DNA of 64,000 nt. Source: Octopus sinensis. Lineage: Eukaryota. The stretch is taken from assembly GCF_006345805.1 (NCBI RefSeq), contig NC_042999.1, positions 27,342,001-27,406,000 of the forward strand. The letters are read 5' to 3'. This document shows positions 13,021 to 25,159 of the stretch, piece after piece; the first letter of the stretch is position 1; every line of letters starts with the position of its first letter. Made by a program: the position numbers and the translations under genes. Under the pieces are notes generated by a model. It was not told where the DNA came from and ran no database searches. It saw only the letters and a list, made by a program, of their open reading frames with translations.

Positions 13021-14165
13021 CAGAGTGTCCCGAAATTAAAGCAACCGAAGTTTCGGGCTTTAATAACTATCAATAAATGTGATAACATATGAAAATTATA
13101 CATGATTATAAAAGCTTAGCGTGTCTTTTTTTTTTTGTTTGTTTCAGACTAAATAAATTCAGATTTATAAATTAGATAATGGCTATACAATCATAACTCT
13201 CCTCAAAGGAAGTAATACAGCTATAGCAAAAAAAAAATTAAAGTAACTCGACAAGAGTATGGAACGTTGTTAAGAAATTTCAAGAGACTAGTTCTAACAC
13301 TGTTCGAATTGGACGTGGCCGAAAAAGAAGTGTGCGGACCCTTTAGCTGATCAAAATTTACCAGAGAAACGATATGGCGAAATCCTCGTCATTACATAAG
13401 AAAAAAGCGACTGCCGCAGCAAAAATAGGCTGAATATCGATGTATCGAGTGCGGAAGAAAGATCTCAGGACTCACCGGTACAAGATGATCCGTCGTCGTG
13501 TGCTCACGCAGGTTTATAAGGCCATGAGACTAGCAGGAAGTCATCTTAAACTGCGTCAGATTGCTGAAGGCACGCTACGCAACTTGTTGTTCACTGATGA
13601 AAAGAAATTTGACATTGAACAGCCAGGAAACAACCAAAATGTTTTTGGAATGTGTCTGGCCGCGTTCAGTGTAAACTCGTAAATTGACATCAAAGTCCAT
13701 AACCAGTTATGGTTCTCACCTCGTTTTTGTGCCCTCGAGTGTTAAAATTAACATCCAGCGATACATTAGCAACATTTAGGAAGCTGAACCGTTTCCTTGG
13801 ACGTATGAGCAGCATGAAAGAACACCTTGGAGCCCCCAACAGGACTTAGGACTATCCCACAGCTCCAAATAGACACAACATTGGACTCAGAAAAAAACAT
13901 TCCATCGTTCATAAACAAGGATGCATGGCCCTCAAGATATCCTAATCTCAACCTGTTAGAATGTTATATTTAGTCCATTTTAGAGACACGATCTTCAGCA
14001 CTTCTCATGCTTCACTCGACTCTCTGAAGACAAAACTGCGCCAGGAATGCGCTTCGATTCCACAAGAACAGCTGCGTGCCGCGTGTGAAGCATTCGCATC
14101 GAAACTTAAGGCTGTGATTCGAAACAGAGGTGGTCATATCGAAGAAACGAAGGTAGTGTCATAAT
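13021..14165 (+). mobile_element. maT-like (DD37 spacing) Tc1/mariner-superfamily transposon, decayed; right TIR not found
   Basis: TA|CAGAGTGTCCC start, LLFTDEKKFDIEQ, LVFVPSSVKINIQRYI, QQD...WPSRYPNLNLLE (37 spacing across a frameshift), and VIRNRGGHIE. Confidence 0.8.
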
Positions 14166-14500
14166 TGTGTTTCCTTTACTATTCCATTGCAACGCTCGAA
14201 CCTGAAACATTTGGCAAAACTGAAAAAAGGTGGTTACGTACCAACATACATACATTCACTCATATGCACAAACATACATATGCATGTATTATTTTGTTTT
14301 GTAACCGTAGGTCAAACATTATTTGTTATAATAACGTTGAAAGTCACGGCTATACCATCTCTTTGTATACCATTGTTGATCTAGGATTTTATCATCAAAA
14401 GTGTCATTTCCTTTTAAACGTTACATGAAGGAAATTTTGTTGTTATTTCTAACAGGACCATGTAGAAGCACATTCGTATGCATATTGTTTGTATATATAT

Positions 14501-14808
14501 ATCATCGTGATCACCGTGACCGACCAGGCTATCAGATGTTGTTACACATCGCTGGTCACAATGCGCTTCGCATTATTTTAGCCTTCAAATGACGCCACCC
14601 CACTGGCTAAGCGAGTAGGCCAACAGAAGAAAGAGTGAGAGAAAGTTGTGGCGAAAGAGTACAGCAGGGGTCGCCACCACCCCCTGCCGGAGCGTCGTGG
14701 AGCTTTAGGTGTTTTCGCTCAATAAACACTCACAACGCCCGGTCTGGGAATCGAAACGACGGTCCTACGACCGCGAATATGCTGCCCTAACCACTGGCCA
14801 TTGCACCT

Positions 14809-14810
<2 letters not shown>
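14501..14810 (-). mobile_element. SINE family C, tail type 2
   Basis: Reverse complement of 3051-3360, with (TA)n on both sides. Confidence 0.88.
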
Positions 14811-14854
<44 letters not shown>

Positions 14855-15374
14855 TATATATGTGTGTGTGTGGTGTGTGTGTGTATATATGTATATATAT
14901 ATATATATATTATATATATATATATGTATCTGTATGCGTACATAGATATTTGTGTGTATTACGCTGATTCATATATTAATCAATCTCATTAAGTTTGCAT
15001 GCATACACGCACATACTATGCAGTAGATTTATCAAAATGGGCAAATTTGACCATTTCTCACTAAACTGAAAGAAATAATTGACAGCTTCAATCGATTTTC
15101 GAACCTTAATAGTTGTCAACATCATATTGAGGTTCCGGAGAACAACCAGCCAGTCTGTTTATATACTCGAGAAATCCTGTCGATGCAATGATCTGGAACT
15201 ATTAATTTGCATATCATAAGTGTTTAAGACTTTATTTGATATCAGCCGCCTGTCAACGAGGGTCTCTGTTCACGCAGTGTTAAGGTATGATATAGTCTAT
15301 GTAACCTGTGCAGTATGTATATTTGTGCTAGTGTGAGATACATATGTATGTGTGTATATATGCGTGTCATCTTT

Positions 15375-15795
15375 ACTCTTTTACTCTTTTACTTGTTTCA
15401 GTAATTTAACTGTGGCCATGCTGGAGCACCACCTTTAGTCGAACAAATCGATCCCAGGACTTATTCTTTGTAAGCCTAGTAGTTATTCTATCGGTTTCTA
15501 TAGCCGAACGGCTAAGTTACGGGAACGTAAACACACCAGCATCGGTTGTCAAGCGATGTTGGGGGGACAAACACAGACACACAAACACACACACACACAC
15601 ACACACCCAACACACACACATATATATATATACATACGACGGGCTTCTTTCAGTTTCCGTCTACCAAATCCACTCACAAGGCTTTGGTCAGCCCGAGGCT
15701 ATAGTAGAAGACACTTGCCCGAGGTGCCACGCAGTGGGACTGAACCCGGAACCATGTGGTTGGTTAGCAAGCTACTTACCACACAGTCACTCCTA
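15375..15795 (-). mobile_element. SINE family B
   Basis: Full head-to-tail match to other family B copies. Confidence 0.9.
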
Positions 15796-15971
15796 CTATA
15801 GCCTCGGATGTTAAAATCAACATCCAACAATACTAAGTCTCGGGCCGACCAAAGCCTTGAGAGCGGATTTATCAGACTGAAATAAACCCGTCGTTTAAAT
15901 AAAGAAAATGTATTCATCGAAAAATACAGAATACGTCTAAATATGCAACGCATAACAAACTTCGATCACTA

Positions 15972-16181
15972 TACTCTTTACTCTTTTACTTGTTTCAGTC
16001 ATTTGACTGCGGCCATGCTGGAGCGCCGCCTTTAGTCGAGCAAATCGACTCCGGGACTTGTTCTTTGTAAGCCCAGTACTTATTCGATCGGTCTCTTTTA
16101 CCGAACCGCTAATTGACGGTGACGTAAACACACCAGCATCGGTTGTCAAGCAATGCTAGGGGGAAAAACATAGACACACAA

Positions 16182-16253
<72 letters not shown>

Positions 16254-16427
16254 ATACATATATACGACAGGCCTCTTTCAGTTTCCGTCTACCAAATCCA
16301 CTCACAAGGCATTGGTTGGCCCGGGGCTATAGCAGAAGACACTTGCCCAAGATGCCACGCAGTGGGACTGAACCCTGAACCATGTGGTTCGTAGGCAAGC
16401 TACTTACCACACACCCACTCCTGCGCC
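15972..16427 (-). mobile_element. SINE family B, full length
   Basis: Ends ...CACTCCTGCGCC (reverse complement of the head); tail (TACTCTTT)n. Confidence 0.9.
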
Positions 16428-16712
16428 TATACATATTTTAATTCACAATTACATACCGTACATAAACCTCCCCACTACTCTAGCGTTTGAATTTTTGTGT
16501 ATTATCTCCCCTGTCCACAATAAGAACGATCACCAATTACCCCCCGCCCCTTTACATTTTCTGCTTGTTGATTTGTTCATTTATAAACTCCTCGCGCAAC
16601 ATGGAGAAAGAAATTTCCGGTTCAACAAACACAACCTGAAATGTATTTAAAAAATTTATTAAAACTATGTAAAGTTTGTGCATTTTGTTTCTTTAATTTC
16701 TTTTATATATGT

Positions 16713-16942
16713 ATTTCTTTACTACCCACAAGGGGCTAAAGACAGAGGGGACAAACAAGGACAGACAAAGGGATTGAGTCGATTACATCGACCCCAGTGC
16801 GAAACTGGTACATAATTTATCGACCCCGAAAGGAAGAAAGGCAAAGTCGACCTCGGCGGAATTTGAACTCAGAACGTAGCGACAGACGAAATACCACAAA
16901 GCATTTCGCCCGGCGCGCTAACGTTTCTGCCAGCTCGCCGCC
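16713..16942 (-). mobile_element. tRNA-derived SINE family A
   Basis: Reverse complement of GGCGGCGAGCTGGCAGAAACG...GAGTTCAAATTCCGCCGAGGTCGACTTTGCC...GTGGGTAGTAAAGAAA. Confidence 0.9.
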
Positions 16943-16945
16943 TTT

Positions 16946-16987
<42 letters not shown>

Positions 16988-17416
16988 TGCGTGCGTGCGT
17001 GTGCGTGTGTGTGTGTATGTATATGTGTGTCTGTGTTTGTCCCGCCACCATCGCTTGACAACCGTTACTGGTGTGTTTACATCCTCGTAACCTAGCGGTT
17101 CGGCAAAATATGGACCAGACTTTCGATCAGAGGGAATTTTGACCCGCTCACCTCACCAGCGTGGTGGTATTATTCAGAAGCTAAATCGACGCAAAATGCA
17201 TTGTGACCAGCAATGTATCACAACAATCGCTGGTCTGTACATAATCCACTCATCAAGTATTGGTGGGCCCAGGGTGATAGCAGAAGACACTTGCTCAAAG
17301 TGGCACAAGTTGGATTGAATCCAAATCCGTGTGATTGCTAAGCGAACGTCTTAACCGCATCGCCAGGCACTGTATTGAAAGATTAATTGAAAAAGTATTG
17401 AAAAAGATTAATTGAA

Positions 17417-17573
17417 AAAGTCGACCTCGGCGGAATTTGAACTCACAACGTAACGCAGACGAAATACCGCTAAGCATTTCGTCCGGCGTGCTAACGTTTC
17501 TGCCAGCTCGCCGCCTTCGGTAGATGAAATACCGCTGAGCATTTCACCCGACTTGCTAACGTTTCTGCCACCT
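17417..17573 (-). mobile_element. SINE family A head fragment with a partial tandem duplicate
   Basis: GAAATACCGCT.AGCATTTC...GCTAACGTTTCTGCCA occurs twice. Confidence 0.8.
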
Positions 17574-18469
17574 TCTTAAACACTACAAACATATACCACT
17601 TTCAGACTGCATAAACTTGAGCTGCTCTACTTTACATATCACCCTCGTTGATATTATCAAACAGTGTCTGTACGAAACTGCTTATCCGTCTCAAAAGGAG
17701 ACGATGAGGATAGAGAAAAATGGATATCTCTTAGTGTATCCAACTAAAACAGCATCAGGCCCCAGTTTTACCGCTCTGCAGGAGGGAGAGGGTCGCTGGC
17801 TAAGAGCCAACTGTTGTTCAATGCGTTTCTGTTTATACATAACATAATCGAAACCATCTGATAGCCTTAACCACTTAGTTACTTCTCTACACCGTGCGAT
17901 TGAGATAGAGATTGCTCTCAATAGAAATTAGTTCCGAGAGATGGAAGTGTTATTTAGCGCATCTTCGTCATTCTTTGGAGTAATGAATTTGCCATTTTGT
18001 CTGATGGGACGAGACAACATTCGTATTACGCGTTGGTATATATATATATTTCTCAATGCTTGCCAATATTTCCATGAATAAATACATATTTGTCTAAAAA
18101 TATATCTATATGTATATACTGCGATGCAAATCACTATGGTTACTTGTCTCGATTAAATTTAGCTGATTCGATTCACAAACAAAAGCAAAATTTCACTGGA
18201 GAAGCTTCGAAGAATTAAATCTGTATGGAAAAAGCCAGAGAGAATATGAAGATCGTGCGGGTTTGTGTCTGTTTAAAAATATATTTATTATCAGAGTTGA
18301 TATTGTCATAACCATTTGAACACAGGCATAACGCACTCAGATATTTAGTTGCGACGCTTTACGATCTAAGTGTAAATCCTGTGCATGTTGTTTTTGCATT
18401 TCATTCGAGGTACAAAAAATGTATATCAATAAATCTAAAGTCAATTCTACCACCTACTCTCTCAAAATG

Positions 18470-18495
18470 AAATAATAATTATTATTATTATTACT

Positions 18496-18581
<86 letters not shown>

Positions 18582-18582
18582 T

Positions 18583-18629
<47 letters not shown>

Positions 18630-18630
18630 T

Positions 18631-18719
<89 letters not shown>

Positions 18720-18766
18720 TATTATCATTATTATCATTATCATTATTATTATTACTGTTATTATTA

Positions 18767-18820
<54 letters not shown>
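18470..18820. repeat. (ATT)n-(ATC)n-(ATT)n compound microsatellite
   Basis: Read directly; source of the poly-Met ORF. Confidence 0.95.
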
Positions 18821-18834
18821 TACTCAGAGATCTA

Positions 18835-20340
18835 AGGATTTTCTAAATAGCACTGCTACTCTGCCACCCGTCTCTACGGACCACATAAGGTTAATATCTC
18901 ATAGTCATTGAAAATGGGCCCTAGAGCTTGGGCATTAGAAATCCTTGTCTTGCTAATAGCAGCCACATTTAAATCGAGCGACCTGAGGTTGTTCAGCAAG
19001 GGACTTTGCTTCCAAGCTGAACCCAGGCCACGAACATTCACACACCCCCACTCTGAAAAAGGCCATATTTATCGGAAAAAGAAAAAGGAAGAAGGTCACT
19101 TACCATGGAGTTTGATATGGTCGGCTTATTCAGCTGCTTTGTCTGACCCATTATCATTAATGAAGGGCTTCCTTAAAGTCTTTTTATTCGGCTTTAGCCT
19201 ACAAAGCCCAATAGTGGAGGCACAATGGCCCAGTGGTTAGGGCAGCGGACTCGCGGTCATAGGATCGCGGTTTCGATTCCCAGACCGGGCGTTGTGAGTG
19301 TTTATTGAGCGAAAACACCTAAAGCTTCACGAGGCTCCGGCAGGGGATGGTGGTGATCCCTGCTGTACTCTTTCACCACAACTTTCTCTCACTCTTACTT
19401 CCTGTTTCTGTTGTACCTGTATTTCAAAGGGCCGGCCTTGTCACTCTCTGTGTCACGCTGAATATCCCCAAGAACTACTTTAAGGGTACACGTGTCTGTG
19501 GAGTGCTCAGCCACTTACACGTTAATTTCACGAGCAGGTTGTTCCGTTGATTCGGATCAACCGGAACCCTCGTCGTCGAAACCGACGGAGTGCTTCCACA
19601 AAGCCCAATGTCGTTTGGGTATTGATTTTTAAGTTCTAGGTAAGCTTTTATCAGCTGTCTGTCGAGACTGGGCGCCTGGCACCTAGAATGTCGTCAGGCG
19701 CTCACTGCCCTCTACCAGTCGGGCAATGGGGTCTGTGGACGTTCCGCTTTAGAAATGTATAGAGGATTAGTGGCGGGGAAGTGCAACAGTGTTCCTGGGG
19801 TGACTCTAGGCGCTGACAAGAACGAACTGGTTAGTCTGTTCCGGTGGACTTTCCGGGCGGAAACTAACATGGATAATTTTCAGATGTCCTTTGGCCTGGC
19901 AGTGCTAGTATGGTGGGGGCGCTACAGGCTCTAAATAAACTCTACAGGCACGGATGTGCTGTCAGACGGGCTTGTCCGAGGTGCACGCAGAGTGACGAAT
20001 CCATTCTGCACACCCTCGTTCAATGTCCAGGCATTATCGACTGATGGGTTTATGTCGAACAGCTGCTGTCACTTGTGGAACGGATCCGTCTGTCGGTCGA
20101 ATCTGTAGTTAAGATCGCACCACCGCCCTCCTACAATCGGGCAGGCAATGCAGTTTTCCTTTACCTGGTTGCTGTGGTGAAATAGGTTGTTTGGTGGATA
20201 AGGCTGAAAGGCATCGGGTTAGATACATTCTTCTTTGGTAGAGCCCTCATTGACTTCTTCAAGTTTCAAATGAAAAGGAAACTGTCGTTATGCAGCTGGT
20301 AAAGAATGTTCAGCAGGACATTAATGAAATATTAGGGGTA
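18835..20340 (-). mobile_element. L1/Tx1-type LINE remnant: ORF1 end and ORF2 APE-endonuclease start, interrupted by a SINE
   Basis: Minus strand CVNVRGLGSAWKQSPLLNNLRSLDLNVAAISKTRISNAQAL resembles the APE N-terminus (NVRGL...ET) and the copy near 33.8 kb. The ORF1 extent is uncertain. Confidence 0.7.
19216..19597 (+). mobile_element. SINE family C, tail type 1, full length
   Basis: 12-bp TSD ACAAAGCCCAAT at 19201-19212 and 19598-19609. Confidence 0.93.
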
Positions 20341-21594
20341 CTTATCTGGCATTTATTGCTTCAAAAACATTTTAAATTCAACTTTGTAATATTTTTCTCA
20401 CTCACCTGCTAATCTCTCCACTAGTAATTTATTTTATTTCTCCGTGTTTTATTTCATATACCTCCAATATCCCCCAAATACTTATATCACTGTATTTTTT
20501 TCAACCGCTTTCGTTGTTTGCCTTTTTGGTATTTCAATTCCCTGGCTTCCACCAAATATTTCTAGTTTCATTTTCAAAATAGCGCCCTTTTTGAAAGCAG
20601 ATTTCATACCTACATCATGTGAGAAAATGCAAGCAGTACGTATATAACTTTCTAGCTGTACCTCCTTTTACGTATAAATCTTTATATTATTCATAAGAAG
20701 GAGATGCTTTATCTGATCATTAACCTTTTCCTGAATTTTTGATGATCTGGTCCCCACTTTGCAACCATGCAATTAAATAGCGTGAATCGCATATTTCCAT
20801 CTTTAATATTTGACAACCTGAAGCAAACCGTCAAAGCAAAACAATAAATCAGTGATATATGACATGTATAGATCCCAAACTCCATACTAGCAAATTGTAT
20901 TCGCAAATAAGTATCAACTTTCAACATATCAAAAGCCGCAATAATAGTGGAGATCTTACCAGATATGAAGACTAGTCTTTTGTTAGCACTGAAACCATTA
21001 AAATAAAAATGCATGTGTTGCTTTGATAGATATATGGACACATCTGTACGAAGACGATGTATATGTTTAAATTAACGATGGTATATAACAGACATGTATT
21101 AGTTATGGTAGTCAGGGATGGATATCAAAATGACAGGAACAGTGTTGCAGATAAATGTTAATATTAATTATTCAAACGTTAAAACGCATGATACACATCA
21201 ATCTAAAAAGAAAAGTAATGTTTATTAGCATTCATGATGATACCACCGCGTGAGCGTAGTCAGAGGTTTTAGAGAATCTATGCAAAAATGATTTGCAACA
21301 CTTGGCTCTTTATGTTGCGAGTTCAAATCACACGAGCGTCAGCTTTGCCTTTCATCCTTTTGGTGTCAATAGCATAGAGCAGCAATCATTTTCTAGTGTC
21401 GACAAAATTAACAAACATCTCTCTACCTGAAATTGATGATTATGTACGTAGATAAGAAACTATATATGTGTGTATGTATATGAGTGTCTGTGTTTGTCCC
21501 GCCACCATCGCTTGACAACCGATACTGGTGTGTTTACATCCTCGTAATCTAGCGGTTCGGCAAAATGTGGACCAGACTTTCGATCAGAGGGAAT

Positions 21595-21815
21595 TTTGGC
21601 GAACTGTTAGAATCGATATCGTGCCAAACAAAATACTCAGCGGCATTTCTTCCGTCTTCGTGTTGTGAGTTCAAATTCCACCGAGGCCGACTCTGCCTTC
21701 CATCCTTTTCGGGGTCATCGAAGTAATAAGTAGCAGATGTGCACTGGAGGTGAATATAATCGACTAGCCCCCTCTCTGGTAGTTTCAGGCCATGCACGTT
21801 GAGTAGAGGGGATTA
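21595..21815 (+). mobile_element. Diverged SINE family A copy with a variant tail
   Basis: GTGAGTTCAAATTCCACCGAGGCCGACTCTGCCTTCCATCC. Confidence 0.7.
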
Positions 21816-21857
21816 TTACTGCTACTAATTTCATTATCAAATTCTAAATTACATATA

Positions 21858-22223
21858 ATAATAACTAATAATAATAATAAATAATAATAATATAATAATA
21901 ATAATGAATAATAATATAATATTATAATAATAATAATAAATAATAATAATAATATTATAATAATATAATAATAATAATAATGAATAATAATAATAATAAT
22001 AATAAACAAATAAAATAATTCAAATAATAATAATAAAATATATAATATTAATAATAATAATAATAATATAATATTATTAAAATATAATAATAATAATATT
22101 AATAATAATAATAATGATAATATAATATAATAATAATAATAATAATATGATGATGATGATAATAATAATAATAATAATAATAATATAATAATAATAATAA
22201 TAATAGTATAATAATAATAATAT

Positions 22224-22295
<72 letters not shown>

Positions 22296-22320
22296 TAATA
22301 ATGAATAATCAATAAAAAAT
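21858..22320. repeat. Long degenerate (TAA)n array
   Basis: Read directly; about 460 bp. Confidence 0.95.
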
Positions 22321-22325
22321 ATTAA

Positions 22326-24295
22326 TATCAACTGCGGTATTTTCCCTGGTGACTCACTTTCACCTTTAATTTTCTGCATAGCCTTAATACCCCTTACAAG
22401 GGAACTTCACAGAACAGGGTATAGATGTATAGATATAAAATTGTCGACAAGAAAATATGTCCTCTATGTTATATGGATGACTCAAAACTCTATGATAAAG
22501 ACGATAATGAACTTGACGGACTGCCGCGTACTGTGAAAGCAATCGGGGTGAAATTTGGTCTTGATAAATGTGCCAAGGCCACTTTCCAGAAAGGGGAACG
22601 GAAGACCTCACATTCAATGGTGTTGGATATTGACACTGTCATGAAAGAACTCGAGCAGGAATAAAAGTACAGATGCCTCGGAACAAATGAGGGCTCTGCC
22701 ATTCAGCATGTACGAAAGAGAAAACTAGGAAAGAGTGTCACAGGAGAGTTCGAGCAGTCCTCAATTCCGAGTTAATGCACGTAACAAGGTGTTAACTATA
22801 AATTCCTAAGCCGCTCCGATTGTTATTTAGATTTTCAATGTATTGAACTGGAATATGTGCGAAATAAGGAAGATTGGCAGGAAAATCCATAAGCTGCTGA
22901 CTTGTAATAAGATGCACCACCCAGAGGCAGACGCAGATCGTCTTTACTTTACCCAGAATTCTTGGAGGTCGAGGCTTGATCCAATTTGGAATCTCCTACA
23001 AAGCCGCTACAATTGGACTGGCAAAATATCTTGAAACATCTAACGACTGGGTGTTAATGCTCGTTGAAAACCATTAAAGACATAAGAAGCTTCATTCTGT
23101 TGTGAAGGAAAGTAAAATATTTTCAAGTGAGTTTATGCATAATACCCAGGTTGAACAGCATGGTGGAAGTGCAGCAACTGTATTTGCAAAGAAGTTGAAA
23201 TCAGTAGCAAAGCAAAAGGCGCTTGAACAATTGGCTGATTGGTGGTAACAAAAACCTCTGCATGGCGAATATGTGGCTCGTAGCAAACAAGCTGATGTAG
23301 ACCAGAAGCACACCCATCAGTGGCTACGGAGCTCAGGGCTAAAGCCAGAGAGTAGAGGCTTTATCTTGGCTGCCCAAGATCAGAGCTTATTGACCCTGAA
23401 CTATCAAGCCAATGTGATGAAAAATAGTGTAGGCCCAAAGTGCCGATACTGCAATGATGGGATAAAAACAGCAGACAACCTAATCTCTGGATGTAAGGTT
23501 TTAACAACAGTTGAGTACAAATTAAGATACGATAGAATTGGCCAATATCTACACTGGATAATGTGTTACCATTATAAAATCAAAACTGCTAACAAATGGT
23601 ACAAGCACCACCCTGAAGCTGTAACTGAGGGAGGAAATGTAACTATTTTTTGGGACTTCCAAGTATGTACAGACCAGACCATCAAAGCAAATAAACCAGA
23701 TATTGTTGTGATAGACCAAAACAATGAAGACTGTTTATTGATCGACATGAGCATACTCTATGACGATAATATCTCGGCAAAATAATTTTGATTAGCTCAG
23801 AAAATATAAAAATTTGCTAATCGAAATAGAAAAGATGTGGCATCTCAAGACACGTATTCATAAGAGTGTTATCGCCGTGAATTTTCTTTCCTTAACACCC
23901 ACCTCCGCTTTATTTTATTTTCTTACTTTTTTATTTTTTCCTTTTTTTTTCTAATACATGACATTGTAAATGAACAATGTGGTGCGTTTATTTAAATTTT
24001 TTTTTCTACTCTAGGAACAAGGCCCGAAATTTTGGAGGATGGAGCCAGTCGATTAGATCGACCCCGGTATGCAACTGGTACTTAATTTAGCGACCCCGAA
24101 AGGTTGAATGGCAAAGTTGACCTCGGACGTAAAGACAGACGAAATACCGCTAAGCATTTCGTCCGGCATGCTAACGCTTCTATCACTTAATGGCCTATCA
24201 ATGTATACAGTACGTTTCTGTGTCCTAGGTGTCAGGAAGACACTCGCCACGAAAATGAAACAGAATACTAATGAAAATATCAATAACATATACTA
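22326..24295 (+). mobile_element. 5'-truncated RLE-type (R4/Dong-like) non-LTR retrotransposon, copy 1
   Basis: INCGIFPGDSLSPL, YMDDSKLY, FGLDKCAK, CRYCNDGIKTADNLISGC and KPDIVVID...LIDMSI. A 3' UTR motif CCTAGG.GTC.GGAAGACACTCG at about 24225 is shared with copy 2 and is followed by (TAA)n. Confidence 0.88.
24005..24180 (-). mobile_element. SINE family A, variant tail, nested in the LINE 3' region
   Basis: CGACCCCGAAAGG...GAAATACCGCTAAGCATTTCG; tail reverse complement is CCTAGAGTAGAAAAA. Confidence 0.8.
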
Positions 24296-24299
24296 ATGA

Positions 24300-24374
24300 A
24301 AATAATAATAATAATAATAATAATAAAATAATAATAATAATAATAATAATAACAACAACAACAACAACAACAAC

Positions 24375-24424
<50 letters not shown>

Positions 24425-24440
24425 CAACAACAACAACAAC

Positions 24441-24490
<50 letters not shown>

Positions 24491-24506
24491 CAACAACAAC
24501 AACAAC

Positions 24507-24559
<53 letters not shown>

Positions 24560-24567
24560 TAATAATA
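24300..24567. repeat. (AAT)n/(AAC)n compound microsatellite with a higher-order period
   Basis: Three (AAC)7-8 blocks separated by (AAT)15. Confidence 0.95.
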
Positions 24568-25159
24568 AAGCCTAATAGTAGTAAACATCTGAACTTTTTT
24601 GACCGATAGTACCCCACCTAAAAAAAAAAAATTTTTTTAATTAAAAAATCACTGATGGTGATGGTGATGATGCGATGATGATAATAATGATAGTAATAGT
24701 GCTGATAATCTATCTATCTATCTACACACACACACACACACCCAAAGAGTTCAACCAACACAAAACCTCACCTCGGCTCTATGTTAACCAAATATGAAAG
24801 TATTATTGACAGGCAAGAACTCTGGCGTTGAAGACAGTCAGCCAGCCAACCACCAAGCCAGCCAACGAGACAGACAGACACTACTGTGATGGTGATGATG
24901 ATAAAAATAACAATAATAAGATACTGCTGTGACTACACATAAAACAATATCATTGATGATGATGATGGTGATGGTGATAATGATAATGATGATGGTAATG
25001 GTGGTGATAATGATGATAGTGATAATAATGGTGATGATAATAACAATAATAAGCCGACTACGGCTGCTATAATGGTACGATTATAATTGTAACGGCAATG
25101 ATGACCGTCTCCCCACGAACCAATCAAAGCTAAAAAATGATAACATTATCGTAGCACCA

